A stretch of DNA of 50,283 bases, counting the filler, from Streblomastix strix (taxonomy: Eukaryota), in the NCBI GenBank assembly GCA_008636045.1. It is 2 parts of 2 records of this genome, joined end to end, with 100 filler letters (N's around TTAATTAATTAA, not from the genome) between each part and the next. Parts side by side here need not be neighbours in the genome. Positions count along the whole stretch, not along the records: positions 25,199 to 50,283 come from SNRW01000212.1; 1 more part is not named here. One strand, given 5' to 3'. Positions 36,480-50,238 of this stretch are shown one piece after another; the first letter of the stretch is position 1; each line of letters begins with the position of its first letter. A program made the translations under genes and the position numbers. The notes beneath the pieces are model-generated. The model saw only the letters and a list, made by a program, of their open reading frames with translations, was not told the origin of the DNA and did not search any database.

Positions 36480-37580
36480 TCACCAAGCGGTGGCAAATGA
36501 GAATGAAAATATTGATTTGAAGATTTGGACAACATTTCAGAGTAAATTTCTTCATTGAATGAAAAACTGAAGAATCTTCTCACTTATAAACCTTAGTTAG
36601 AACATTGTGCTGATTCAATTGATTTTAGATAAATCACTTCATAATAATAATCTTCTTCAAATTTATCTACTATAAAATCAAAAATTGGAACATAAACACC
36701 TTTTATAACTTTATAATAAATACTATAATAATCTTCTTCATCATAACCGTAAACATTAACATATTCATCAACATCATTATCTACATCTTAAACATCATCA
36801 CATTATTCTCAATTAAAAATCAATCTGATCCTATAATTGTAACAATAATAAATAATTCAAACTCCAAGATCAAGTTCGATAAAATAAAAAAATTGGTATC
36901 AGTGTTTATAACTATTTTATTATCCTTCCTTTACATATATGAATTGATTAAAATAATAATAATTTTATGATAAAAGTTTACTTTTGGAAGGATTTAATTT
37001 GCAAATAACATGAAATTTAGATTAATATTTAAAATAAGTAAATTAACTGATGGATTGAGTTACAAGATGGAGTTTTGATAAAAAATAATAAATTCACAAA
37101 AAAATTAGAAAATTAATAAAAATCTCATTAAACCAATAAAGGAATAACTAGAAAAATTTGTTTCAAATCAATATCAAAATTAGAATTGAGATGAATAATT
37201 AAGATATAAGATGATGAGTTCTTTACGATTATTTGTTTTGTGTAGAATCGGAAAGTTTAATTTCAATATACGTGTAGTGAATATAAAATAAGAACCCGAT
37301 ATCATGAAACTGGTTCTGAAAATCACGATGTGTTGGCGGAATTGAAATTAATGATGAAGAATTTATGCTAAAACAAAACTGGTATTGAACTCATATTCAT
37401 GAATAATTAAGCTGAACTAATGTCAAAGATACTGACTTATTATACTAATAATTAATTTATACTCATCTCAATCTTATTTTTATCTTAAAAATAATGTTAA
37501 TTCAAAATCTCTCAAAAAATAAAGAAGGTTGAATATAGATTTGGAATTGAATCAGAAGTGGAAAAAAGAAAGATGAAGAA
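36480..37580 (+). pseudogene. Degraded coding fragments (S/Q/T-rich, then helical)
   Basis: Protein-like stretches (LKNLLTYKPQLEHCADSIDFRQITSQQQSSS; HDVLAELKLMMKNLCQNKTGIELIF) broken by TGA and frame changes. Confidence 0.3.
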
Positions 37581-37756
37581 TATTATTAAAAGGATTTGAC
37601 AAGAATTAGAATTGAAGAAAAGAAAGTTTGTGAAGAATATTAAATAAAATCTTGTTGAGGCAGAATAAAAAATTAATAATCATATTTTGTATCAAAGAAT
37701 TCTTTATGATTCTGTTTCAATATTAATATTCTTCTATTTATTCAATTTTGAATACG

Positions 37757-40700
37757 TCAAAGTTTTGTTTATGGATTCATTCGATCCATTTCTTATTCAT
37801 TTCCAGATTCTTTCGATTTATTTGATTAATATTCAATTGATTCCTTTTGAATTTGCTTCATTTCATTAACTTGAACGTTCATTGTTGAATGTCTTAAAGC
37901 AAATTATTATTAGGCGCTATTATAATTATCAGAAAATTTTTCAGTGTCATTTGTACTAGAATAAGTTGTTTGAACATTTTGAGAAGATAATGAAAGTTAA
38001 GAAATTGGTAATGATTATACAGAATTTGATGGGAATTAGAATTATTTCAGTTCTATTTGTAATTTAGATGAGGAAGATGAAGTTAAATTGGATTATGAAG
38101 AAGAGGATGATTAATCATAAGACGAAGTAAACATTGATGATTATAATTCTTTTTATTTTTTCTATTAATTCAGTTTTAATTCTGAATTGTTACGAATTCT
38201 TTGAAGTTCGTTTGAATCATTCAATATTCTTTCTAATACATCATTTGAAGTTTGATTACTTTTATGAGTTTATTTGATTATCTCAAAATCATCTTTTATT
38301 TGTTTTATTTTTTTATTTAAATCTTTATCTTTATTCTTTTTCTTCCATAAGCAGCAGTAGCAAATGAAACAGCATCCAATTGTAATTATAACAGCTAGCA
38401 CAACCAAACCAATCAAAAGTCCAATCCACCAGGCAAACTTTGATTTTTATGGAGGATCAGTTAATTTTTCTTCAGTATCAAATACAACTTCTACTTCAAG
38501 TAATACAGTTCGGCCTTCAATTCCATCAGATCCGGTGAAGAATCTACGATCATTTGATATTAATGCTCCATATTATTTCTATTTATAATTTAGGAATTGT
38601 TTATCTTTCATTGCAAATGTAGCTAATTATTCATCTTATTAGTCAACAATGTTGATTGGATCAGTTGTTTAATCTAATGGAGGATAAATAAACTCATTTA
38701 ATTCATTTCTTAATTAATTATTATCAGTAAAATTCTTATTAAAAGAGATGATTGATTTCAAGATGGAAAAAGGAGATTGTTTTTGAATTTAATATAAGTT
38801 TATGTGAATTATTTCCTTATTTTATTGATTTTATTATAATATTTGTCCTTCTGATGTTTTATCACCAATTTCAATTATTTTTGCATTCAGATTTCCTTGT
38901 TTCATATTCTTTCCAACAAGTTGATATTTGAATGGTTCATCTACATTTCTGAAGTCAACCACAACTTTGGCAGTTCTCAGACTTGCAATTATTGTCCAAT
39001 AATATTGAAGAGATTTTTATTCTTATGATATTTATTCTGGAGTAAACTAAATAAATGTTGAAATATTTGTTGCAATTCCTTCAACATCACTTAAATTAGA
39101 TAATTTATCATCATAATCTCCTTTTACTAAAGAACCTTCATCATATTGGCAAAACTCTTCTAATTAAGGCATTACTATATAAACATTATTTCCTCCATTA
39201 TCTGCTGAATTTGAATCTGATTTCATTCCACTCAAGTCAATCTAATCTGATTCAACATCATAATCTCCAGTTCCAGTCAGAAATATAACTCCTCCATATC
39301 CCGAGGGTGGAATTTCAACTGAATTATGTTTTAAAGCTTTGTTATGACGAAAAGAAGCATCTTTGATCTTGAATTAGAAATTCTTTGAATAATCTATATC
39401 AACATATATCGCTCCTCCATTCCCAGATTCAATCACACAATCATTGAATTCACAACTATCATCAATAATCAATGAACAATCTTCTCTGATTTCTGCATAA
39501 ATGGCAGATCCTCCTTATCCAGATTCTTCTCCTGTTGAATTGATATTATTGAATTGCGTTGCTTCAATTGTTGCATCAAATGAGTTTTCTTAATCATTCT
39601 CTATTCGAATTGCACTACCTCCTTCTCCTTAAATAGTTATGTCTTCAAATATACAATCAGATATTATAAGTTCAGTATTATCAACATCTACATGAATTAT
39701 TCCTTTTGGATCATCAGATGGAGAAAGATTAATATCAGAGAATGTAACTGAATCAAGTTCAAGGTTTGTATTTTAATCTTCAATGTAAATGATTGGAATG
39801 TTGAGTTTTGATTTATCAGTGATGAATTTGATGAAATAAAACTTCAGTTCAATTCCTCCTGATGCTAATATCCATCCTTTATGTCCATTCTCAATATTTG
39901 AAGTATCACCTCCTTTAATAATCTTGATTTCTGCTTTTCCTTCCATATTATACTTTGTCATATATAATTATTTCATTATCTTAATTATATTCGTATAAGT
40001 GTTACTTTTGTTGAATTATATTGGAGATGTTAAATCATATCCTTCTTCACAAATACCAATTCTCTTCTCAGGAATTACTGAAGTTAGTATTCCTCCTAAT
40101 TCAAATGATATTTACTATAATGCATAATTAATTGAATAACATGGGTTACTATATTCAGCGCATCCTGGTTAATTATTTCCTTTAATTGTTCCTTCATTTC
40201 GATTAAGGATATGCCATATTGTTCTCCACCATAATTCAAGCGGTCTTTAATCTTTTATTATATTAACTTAAGAAAGGCTATTGAAATTACTATATTCAAC
40301 TGGTATTCCTTCAAGTTCACTTTCATCAGAATCAATATCACTATAATTTCCTTTCACATATTCTCCTGATATTCCTTTTCTGCACCATTCAATTACATTG
40401 GGCATTGCAACATACAAACTTTATCCAGCTTTATCTGCAGAATTATCATACATCTTCATCTTACTAAAATCAAGCATCTTAGATGATACATCGTATACTC
40501 CAGTTCCTGCGATAAAGATTCCGCCCCCAAATCCAGATTATGAATATTAATAATCAGTACTAATAAGAGCTTAACATTCTTGTATTATTATGTCTTTTAT
40601 TTCGATGGATGATTATAATTCAAAGTTGATACTTAGATACATCGCACCTCCATTTCTACTTTTGCAATTGACGAATTCTAGCTTATTCTCAAATGATAAT

Positions 40701-43700
40701 TGTGATTTTGAAATTTCTAAGTACAGTCCACCTCCTTAATATGAGCTTGAACAATTATCAAATGAAATTTCTCCAGTAATTTGTATTTCTGTTTCTATGT
40801 TAGATAAGAACATATACATTCCACCTCCTGATGTGCCAGTACAATTCTGGAATATTATTGAGCTCGATATAACAGAAATAATCTAAAATGAATAAATTGA
40901 TAATCCACCTCCTTAACTTCCAATACAATCAATAAATTTCATTTCTCCAGTTATTTGAATTTATCCTTGCTAATTTGAATAAATATACATTCCACCACCA
41001 TTCCCCGAACATGAGCAATCTTCAAAGACTATATTACCTGTTATTTGAACCTAAAATGGATGTCTATAAAAGTTTAATAATATTCCTCCTCCATCACCGT
41101 CGAATGAAGAACAATTCAAGAATTTGCATTGATTAGACATTATGATTTAATTACTAGCAAACGATGTAATAACTAATCCTCCTCCTCTTGATGCGCTACA
41201 ATCAATAAAGTTCATGACACCCAAAAATTGAATATCACAGTCCTATTCTTAACAATCAATATATAATCCACCTCCAGCAAAACGTGAACTTTCACATCTA
41301 ATGAAATCTGCCTAATTCTTTATTATCAAATGCGGACTGACACCTAGTTGCATATTCACTCCACCACCTTATATAGCTTTACAATCCTTGCAAATTATTT
41401 TATTAATTTCTAGTGTCGATTCATCATATAATCCAAAAAATGCTGCTCCGCCAGAACCCTCAATACTAGAACAATTATCAAACTCTATTAATCCAGCAAC
41501 TTTAATTAGTTTCCCAGAGGTAATGCACCAAGCTCTTAAACCTCCACTAATTTAATAACACGAGCAGTTCTGGAATAAGCAATCTCCTTCAAAGATCAAC
41601 GATGCACCATTTCTGATTGATGCATAAATACAACCACCGTTATTCTAGTGACTGTAACACGAATCGAATTTAATACCATCGCCAATAATTAGTAAGCAGT
41701 TCTCACCATCAAGATCGGCTAAAATAGACCCTCCACCTTATAGTGTTGTTATACCACATTAAATAAACTAACATTTTCCATCTATTTTTACTGAACTTCC
41801 ACTGTTAATACTTGTATAGATTGTACTTCCTAAATCTGTTTAACACTAATAAAACTCTGAATTAATGATTAATACTTATGCTTAGTTTGATGCTACGATT
41901 CGATATACGCCACCTTAACCAATATCATACTAGATATTGGAGAATAAGCAATTGGATATTAAGACTTCATCAGATTCTTGATTGACGACAATATATATTA
42001 AGTCGTTGTAATTTGGATATTCAAAATCGTCGGTATTGATTATATTTTGAAACAAGCAATCGTTAATAGTTGCATTATGTTCTATGCTAACTACTCTTGT
42101 CTAAATAGTCTTTTCTTGAAATTCAAACACTTCAATATTTAATTATCCATTTCCTTATTTACTTATTAATCTGAAATTTGTTTGTGAATTTGTAACTGTG
42201 CAATCTATTATTTCTATATTGGAATTATCACCTCCTTATGAAATAACAGATAATGAACTTCCTAAATAATTGAAATTTATGTTGTTGAAGATAACTTTTC
42301 CGGTATTTAATTCATCAATGAAATCTCCATTGATAATCAATTGTTTTCTCTCTTACTACGATTTAATCTCTCTAACAGTACCTATTTTGCCAAGATTAAT
42401 AGCAGAATTGAGTGTGTATGTGCCTGTGAGTATTATAGTATAATCTCCAGGATCAGAATTTATGTACAACTATGGTTCTCCATATTGTAAGAACTTACAA
42501 CTTGGACCTACATTGTCAGTATCTCTAACACAATCAACACTGGGATTAACCTAATTATCTTATCCTTCATTATTTAAGTAAATATAATCAGCGTTTGTAT
42601 CTAAGAAGTGGAACTAACTCATTAACATCAAGTATGCGAGAAAGATGATAATTCTTTTATTATTCTTTTTATTCTATTGATGTTACGATTATTATGAATG
42701 TATTAATTAATCTGAAATCAAGTAATAGACGAATTTGCAAATAAGAATTGTGATTATAATTATGTGGAGTAATAGATCCGATTGTCTGAAACGTTTGCTT
42801 ATTATATTATTCTTATATATATTAGTACCTGATTAATCAACGTACTAACTTTCTTCTCCATTATTACTCATTGAGGTATGACTGATGTTTGAAGGTATAA
42901 TAATTGAGGATGACGTTTTCAATTATATACTTTGTATGGGTTTATGAGATATAGCTAAGATGAATGTCAACACTAAGAACATAAGAACAATACCAAGTGT
43001 GCTGAATGTAGAATAATCCATTATTTTTCTTCTAGAGGAGGAAATATCTTAATCTTCTTATTCAGGATTAGTACTTTTCTAATTCTATGTTATTGGAAGA
43101 AATTCTGTTTATTGACTAGATTCTTATTCAATTCTACATTCCTTATTCTCTTCTTCATTAATTTCATTTCCAATTATTTTTTTTTATTATTTATTCTATT
43201 TAACTATATTAAATTCATTTTATTCTTCAATATTTTCAATTGTGTAATTCTCAGGAATAATCCGAACATATGGAAGAAAAAGATTGGAGAGTGATTGTGT
43301 GTTAATTATTGGGTATGATATTGCATGAGGAGTTATAATTACCACCTTTTCTTTGATATTTGAATTATATATGCATTTGCGTAATTCAGAGAGATGATTT
43401 CCTTAATCAACTTCAAGATAAACGATTATATCAGATTCTCTATTTCGGCATTGATATAAAGATTAAGAACATATTGATGTGAAATTCGAAATGTTTGAAG
43501 CATTTGCATCGACAAACGGATTAATCACAGCTTCAGAAAGAAGTTTCTCTTTGTTCTTAGAGAGATGTTCTAGCGTTGGATTGAATTCAGCATCTTAGCC
43601 AGTAACACATATATCAGGATGTGTGAAGATAGTTGCAAAGTGTATCAACTCGCAAGCATGAATAGTGACTTTTATCAGCAAATGTTAGTCATCTAATTTT

Positions 43701-43911
43701 GATTGAATAACAAAAAGATAAAATTAAAGAAAAATAAAAAATTAGTTAATTGCTGATAAATAACAAATAATAAAAAGCAAATAACATATATATGTAAATT
43801 TAAAAAATGAACGTTTTAAATTTATCATATAAGTACACCAGAAACAGTCTGAAGGCGCACAATTCGGCTGGATTTAATGTTTTCGAAGTAATGCGGCAAA
43901 TTTGACATCAT
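37757..43911 (-). CDS. ~2000-aa membrane protein: NYN/PIN-like N-terminus, hydrophobic segments, polymorphic-membrane-protein-like right-handed beta-helix, TM helix, S/Q-rich tail (exons 43911-43839, 43692-37757)
   Basis: Many FxxC...GG[AG][ILVM]Y repeats at 39200-42000. TM segment WWIGLLIGLVVLAVIITIGCCFICYCCLW. I translated 43692-42240 and 38440-37757 by hand in one frame; the middle was spot-checked only. The start codon is uncertain. Confidence 0.75.
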
Positions 43912-44231
43912 TATCCAAGAAAAGCGTTTGTAGAAGTTCAATAAAAGTGTTGATGCATCTTATTTTTGCATGAGTAAGCACTATAAAATATTTACGCTCT
44001 GGGCTGTAGGTTAAAAACTAATCCTTTGCAAAAGCGCAATATTGCCAAAGAAGAGCTAGATATTTCCAGAATTTCTGAATTGAAAACTTATAAAATTTTA
44101 ATTCTAAACGAATGCAAAAAGTATTTTACCTCATAGTGACCTGTATCGTGGAATATGGAGGTAACAAAATTAATTGAAATTTTGAAACTGTATAATAATA
44201 TTAAATTTAATTCAAAATATTTAATTAATTT

Positions 44232-44566
44232 TAGGGTTGCATGAAAATCCACGGAAATTGCGCGGATTCCGCGAATTTATTTGGACTCCGCGGAAATTTT
44301 AATTGAGACCCCATAAAAAATTAAAAAAAAATATTTTTTGAAAAATTTCATTTTTAAGTTTTAACTAAAATTAATCAAAAAATATATAAAATTTTTTGAT
44401 GAGTAATGTGAAAAGGAAAATAGAAGGAAAAATCAAAAAATTGAATAATTACACTCGAATTCGAATAAAATGATATAACTATTTAATAGCCTCATCTAAG
44501 CTTTCCGCGAATTTCGCGGAAACCGATCGCGGATTGAAAATTTTCATATTTTTTCATGCAGCCCTA
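44232..44566. mobile_element. hAT-type MITE (335 bp)
   Basis: TIRs TAGGGTTGCATGAAAA / TTTTCATGCAGCCCTA (15/16 match), an exact 8-bp TSD ATTAATTT (44224-31, 44567-74), and multiple subterminal CCGCG/CGCGGA motifs. Confidence 0.92.
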
Positions 44567-44729
44567 ATTAATTTCGATTTTTCTTCAATTTATTCAATCA
44601 TTCATCAAAATAATAAGTAGAAAAGATTAAAAAGTTTAATATTTAATTTACTACTTAATATTTCAATAAAATGCTTTAAAAAGATTTTTTTATTTTTATA
44701 ATTTAATTGATTTCTATTTAAAATTATAG

Positions 44730-45128
44730 ATGAACGAAGACGCAGCATTGGTTCGCTGCCTCGATGAGATTTTAGAAAGCAAGTTTAAATTTGAAGATAC
44801 TATATCTTCTGATGAAGGAATAAATAACGTTTAAAGTGTATAATCTTTGACTAATGAAGATGAATCTTTATTTTTGGCAAACTATCCTTATAATAGTACA
44901 GATACTGGCATTTTCCTCTTGAAACAATCGAAAATTCCACTTTGTGATTCAACATTAGATATAATAGAAAAAGATAAAATTTAATAATCTGAGCAAACAA
45001 TATCTTCATCTAAACATAAAAAGCTGTCTAAAATGGAAAAAGATCCCACCAAAGATGATGAAATTAACAAAAAGCTTGATGAATCTGGAATATTGGTTGA
45101 TTTCGACGGATAAAAGTTCTCATTCTGA
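44730..45128 (+). CDS. Hypothetical acidic protein (132 aa)
   Basis: MNEDAALVRCLDEILESKFKFED...GILVDFDGQKFSF-TGA, open in table 6. It could be a last exon because the ATG follows TTATAG. Confidence 0.6.
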
Positions 45129-45598
45129 ATAAAATTTTAATTTATTTTACTATTTTTATTTTATTAAGTTATAAATACAAATCAAAGATTATTATTAAAA
45201 GGAGTTAGACAATTTATTTTTAGAAGAAAAAAGAGGTACTATCTACAAAAATTTAGATCAGTTGATAAAAACCACTAGTGAGTATTAAATATAGTTTTAA
45301 ATAAAATAAAAAATCGATGAATAGAATTTATAAAATAAAAATGATAAAAAACTAAATAATAAATTTAGTGTTTGGATAATTGTTAAAAAAAGACGAATTA
45401 AGTGAACAATTTATCCAATCATATAAAAATAAGTACTTTTTGATATATAAAAAACTTTCAATAACAATAATAACGAAAAAAATCATTCAACGGGTAGTAA
45501 TAAAATAGCGAATGAGAGATTATTACTAATGATTAAACTAATTTAATTACGAAAAAAATGAAAAAATTCTTAAATAATTAAGAAAATTTTTGTTACGC

Positions 45599-48500
45599 TC
45601 ATAAAATGCAACAACAACTCTATTTTAAGTTTTGTTAAGATACGCTAGCTCCATTAGAATTCTCAAATTTATTATCTTCACCTTTATCTTTTTCATGAGA
45701 TTTTACAATATTCATTCCTGAATTCAAATCAATCAACTTTATCTCATTATCATCACTCCAGGCATTTTAATTTTATTTCTCTTTTTTTGATAGTGATTTT
45801 TCATTATTGTTTTCTTTGAAATTTTCATCTTCTTTCTAACCCTTCAAATTATCATTATTTTCCTTCTCTTTTTCAGCACTCTATCCAAGAGGAGAATTTA
45901 TATAGCCTTAATTTTATTGTTTCTTTTATAAGCTATTTTTGGTTCCTTATAATTAGAGTTAAAGCTCAGGTGATGATTGAAGTGTATTTAACGATTATTA
46001 AGGTGATTATTAAAGTAGATTTAACGATTATTAAGGTGATTATTAAAGTAGATTTAACGATTATTAAGGAGATTATTAAAGCACATTTAAAGAGGGTTAA
46101 GAAGATTATGAATGTTATGATTTTTAAGGTGTTAATAATAAAGATAATTATAATATAGAATGTTATTATTATGCATTTAAAATTAATTGATCTTATTGGT
46201 GTTATTATTATAATGTATTAGTATACTAATCCGTAATTAAAAGAGGAAGCGAATTATGAAGTGGAGAATTTTAAGAAGAAATTGGAAAAGCAGAAGACTA
46301 TTAATTAATATTATTTTGAGATTAAGAGTTTTAGGCAATAATAGATGAAAAAAAAGTGGATTATGCATTTGACGTCAATGTTGATTATTAAGATGGATAT
46401 GCTTAAGTTAATGCATTAATATTATCGGATTAAGATAGGTTAGATTATTATTCAATCTATTTAAATAATGTTGTTGGTATTTAATTTTAAGCAACTGATA
46501 AAGACTGATATGCTACAGATAATGGTGATATCTGGGGGAAATTAATTTTAGAAGCATTTCTGCCTTTCGGTGTAGTACATTATTCTAAGTATTACGATGA
46601 AATTGTTTTTTCTGACAAATTACTTCTTTCTGATATTTTTACTGAATTTTGGGTTGAATATATTTGTGAAGAGCTTAAAACCTGAGAATTTGTAGGGGTT
46701 TGAAATAATAGTGATGTGTTTGTATGGAAAGCATCAATATCCTAGACGCTTCGATGTTGTTTAAATTTATTGGGGTCTTTTGACATGTTGATCAAACTGC
46801 TTTTGAGGCTGCTTCCAATGAAAATATTACTATGATCAATATTTTCAGGTTCTATTTAAGGAAATGTATATGTTGAATTAGCGAATAAATGAGATGTATC
46901 AAAAGGGTATTATTTTGTTTCTTTATATTTATTATTATTCTATTTAACTATTTAATTCGGAGAAAACATTGCAAAATCATCAGAAAATCTGTCTTTTAAT
47001 TCTTATTGTTTGGAAATTGATTCAAGTATATCTTTTTAATCTAAACCATTCTTTTCGTTTTCATTATAATCAATTTAAATATTCTTATCTAAAAGTTCTT
47101 ATTTTTCTAAATTATTAACATCTTTCTTTCTTATCTTTTTATAAGGTTTAATTATCCTTTTTTATTTTTTCTATGTTAATATTACTTTAGTTTCATTTTT
47201 ATTTTCATTAATGTCTCCATTTTCATTTTTAATTTCTTGTTATTCATCTTATTTTATTTATTATTTATTGTTTGTTCTATCCGGTTCAAATTACTATTAA
47301 CCATTATCATTGTTATCACTTTTCTTATTTAATTTTTCTTATTCTTTTTCATTCATATTTTAAATTAGTTTTTCTTTCTAATTATTTACATTTTCTTCTT
47401 TTTCATTCAGTTTTACTTTCTCTGGCTACATATGCTTATATATCATTTCTACATCATTCTCACTCAAAGCATTACGCATTTCTAATCTAACAGGATATAA
47501 TTCAATAATTTGTTATTAATCCACATTATTACCAATATCAAATTTGGATTACATTAATTTATTCGAATTTATTCTTGAAAGCGAAAAATTAGGAGTCTTT
47601 TGTGATTTAAAAGTCCCAAAAGGTGAGTTATATTAAGTAGTTAGTCCAAACTGATTTGGAATCAGTGAATTATATGGAGAAGCAGGTGAGCAGACATTGG
47701 AATTTGGACTCAATTATGTCTATGAGTGAGATTTTTCAGTGAATGAATGAAAATGTGGTTGTGATGTGAAAATTTATTGATCAATTGTAGGTTAATGTAC
47801 ATTGGAGTTGTTCAAATATTTGGGATTTGGTTTTTATTTAAGAGATTATGGAAATTACATCTTAATACTACCATCTAGTGATGGTAATCTTTGAGATTAC
47901 CAATCATTTCGTATCAATGTTTTGAGTGATGTGTTTGAGAGTTATTTTGTACGTGTAATTGATTTTTAATTTGTAATTTAAGAAAAAGGCGAAGAAATTG
48001 TGTTGTTAGTAATCTTTTTTCCTAATTATTTTTAACTACTGGACTTTTTAGTCTATTCTTTGGATGAGTTTTATGTCAATGCATTTAATTGTTTAGTTGA
48101 ATTCAATTTTTTATTGGATTAAGAGATCAATTCAGGAATCTAAAGTTATGAAGATTAATGACTATTATGTATAAATGCAAGTGGAGTTGGTATATTATTT
48201 GCTAATTTTTCGTTTAATGGGATAAATTCTGGTATTATTAGTTAGGATGGATCAAATTTCTATTTATTTTTTTGTGAATTTTGATCATTTATTTATGAAG
48301 CTTAAGCAGGTTGTTTTAGAATTGATTTTTATTATGAAACTGGCGGTTTTGATATTGATTTATATTATGCATTTTGTATTTATTATTACTATAAATTAGG
48401 AAATTACAATGATAACTAACTTGAAGGTTATTACTAAGGTCGTTATAATTATATTTAATGTATTGCTGGTGATTATTAAGGCGATCGCTATATGTTTTGA

Positions 48501-50177
48501 TATTAATTGTTTTATTGATCATTATCTGATAATTATTCTTATCCTTAATTTTATTATTACTGAGCGTAGTGTTATTTTTATTATGATTAAAATAAATTCC
48601 TTTATTAACGTTAAGGTGAAAACTAATATGTGTGATTTAAAATTAACTTATTATAATTGGTAATATTCGGAGATGATTACGAGGATTTAGATCCTTATTC
48701 TTCTTATTATAAATTCGCTACTTATTGCGAATTATTTAAAGGTTAAAATTATAAATTAAAAAACTTCTATCTGTTTGATTCAGGTGTCAAAAATGAGTAA
48801 ATCGAGTTTATTTTATGTGGTGTAGATTAATCATGAATCTGGTTCTGCTATGTTTATATATTAGGAGATGCTACGTTGTTATTTGAAGGTGCACGTTTGA
48901 TGGGTGATTGAAATGGTGAAGTGAAAAATAATTCGGATTCAGATTATAAGCTTTATGGAAAAAGTAAAAATGTCTGTCTATTTGAATTTGGTGTTGATTA
49001 GCTTGAGAAATTGGGAGATTGTTATGATTGTTATATGCTTTATTAGAAGTGTTGTTCTTTCTATTTCTGTGGTGAAGAAAGGGTATTGTAGGAACTTGAT
49101 CGTTTATTGAATTATTATCCACTTAATTATTGATTACTGTTGTTATCGATGTTTATTTCTTCATAAAACTGCTGTTTCTAGAATTACAATAAATGGCCAC
49201 TCATAGACATCGGTGAATTAAACAGCGGCGACTAATATGACTGGGAGTAAAAAGACCCCTGACTGAATTACTAGCTCTGCAGATTGACAATGCTGCATGA
49301 CGTGGCTGGCGTTTCTGCTTCCAATGACTTTAAGATGGAGCTATTCACATTTTGCATATTGTAGGATACTTCATCGCCTTAGTCATTTTTATCGCTTGCG
49401 TTACTAATCTCGGTTTTTTTAGAATTTTGATCAGTTTACTATTCAAATTTGTTGCCTGTTTTTAATCCAGGTTTTTATTTGGAGTTATTTTCGGCTTAAA
49501 TTTGGTCACTTTACATCTCGTGAAGTGGCGATAATGGAAATATTAAGTAACTATTATTATCTTCATCTTATTATTAATGTTACTATAATTATAATTATTA
49601 GAATTTAAATGGATTATTTCTATTTGAAGATTTAGGGGAATGTTTTGGTGATTTATTTGTTGAAGAAAATGGAGTTGTTTTAAGGAAGAATTTATGCAAT
49701 AATATTTATTTATCTTTTTCATTATAACTAATTGGAGCAAATTGTAGCGGTAATTATATGTTTAATGGTTAAAAGCTATCTTTGACTGGATTATTATTAA
49801 TAATATTATTATTATCGTTTTAAAAATTTTCTTCATCAGATTTAATTTAGTTTTTATTATTAATTTTTTCATTCATTTGAGGTGTTGAAGTAAGTTTGTT
49901 TACTTTTAACTCCACATTGTTATCATCTTTTTTCTAACTATTAATATCATTCTTTAAGTTTGATGGTGCATCTTTAATATCATTATCTTGTTAATTAATA
50001 TTTTAATTCTAATGTTTAATATTCAGTTATCTACTTTTTATATATTTAATTTTATTTCTTTTTGCTTTATTATCATTATCCTTCAATTAACCAAATTTCT
50101 TTGTATCTTTATTTATATATTCAATAGAACATAAGCCTCCTTAAAATACATTCTAAATATCTAAATTTTTCTTATTA

Positions 50178-50238
<61 letters not shown>

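Noticed and set aside
37290..37450. Formin GBD/FH3-like look of LKLMMKNLCQNKTGIELIF
   Set aside because: Too short and degenerate, and no FH1/FH2 region nearby.
45970..49740. Several 60-85 aa ORFs in the track
   Set aside because: Off-frame or antisense readings of the single long minus-strand Q/S-rich ORF.
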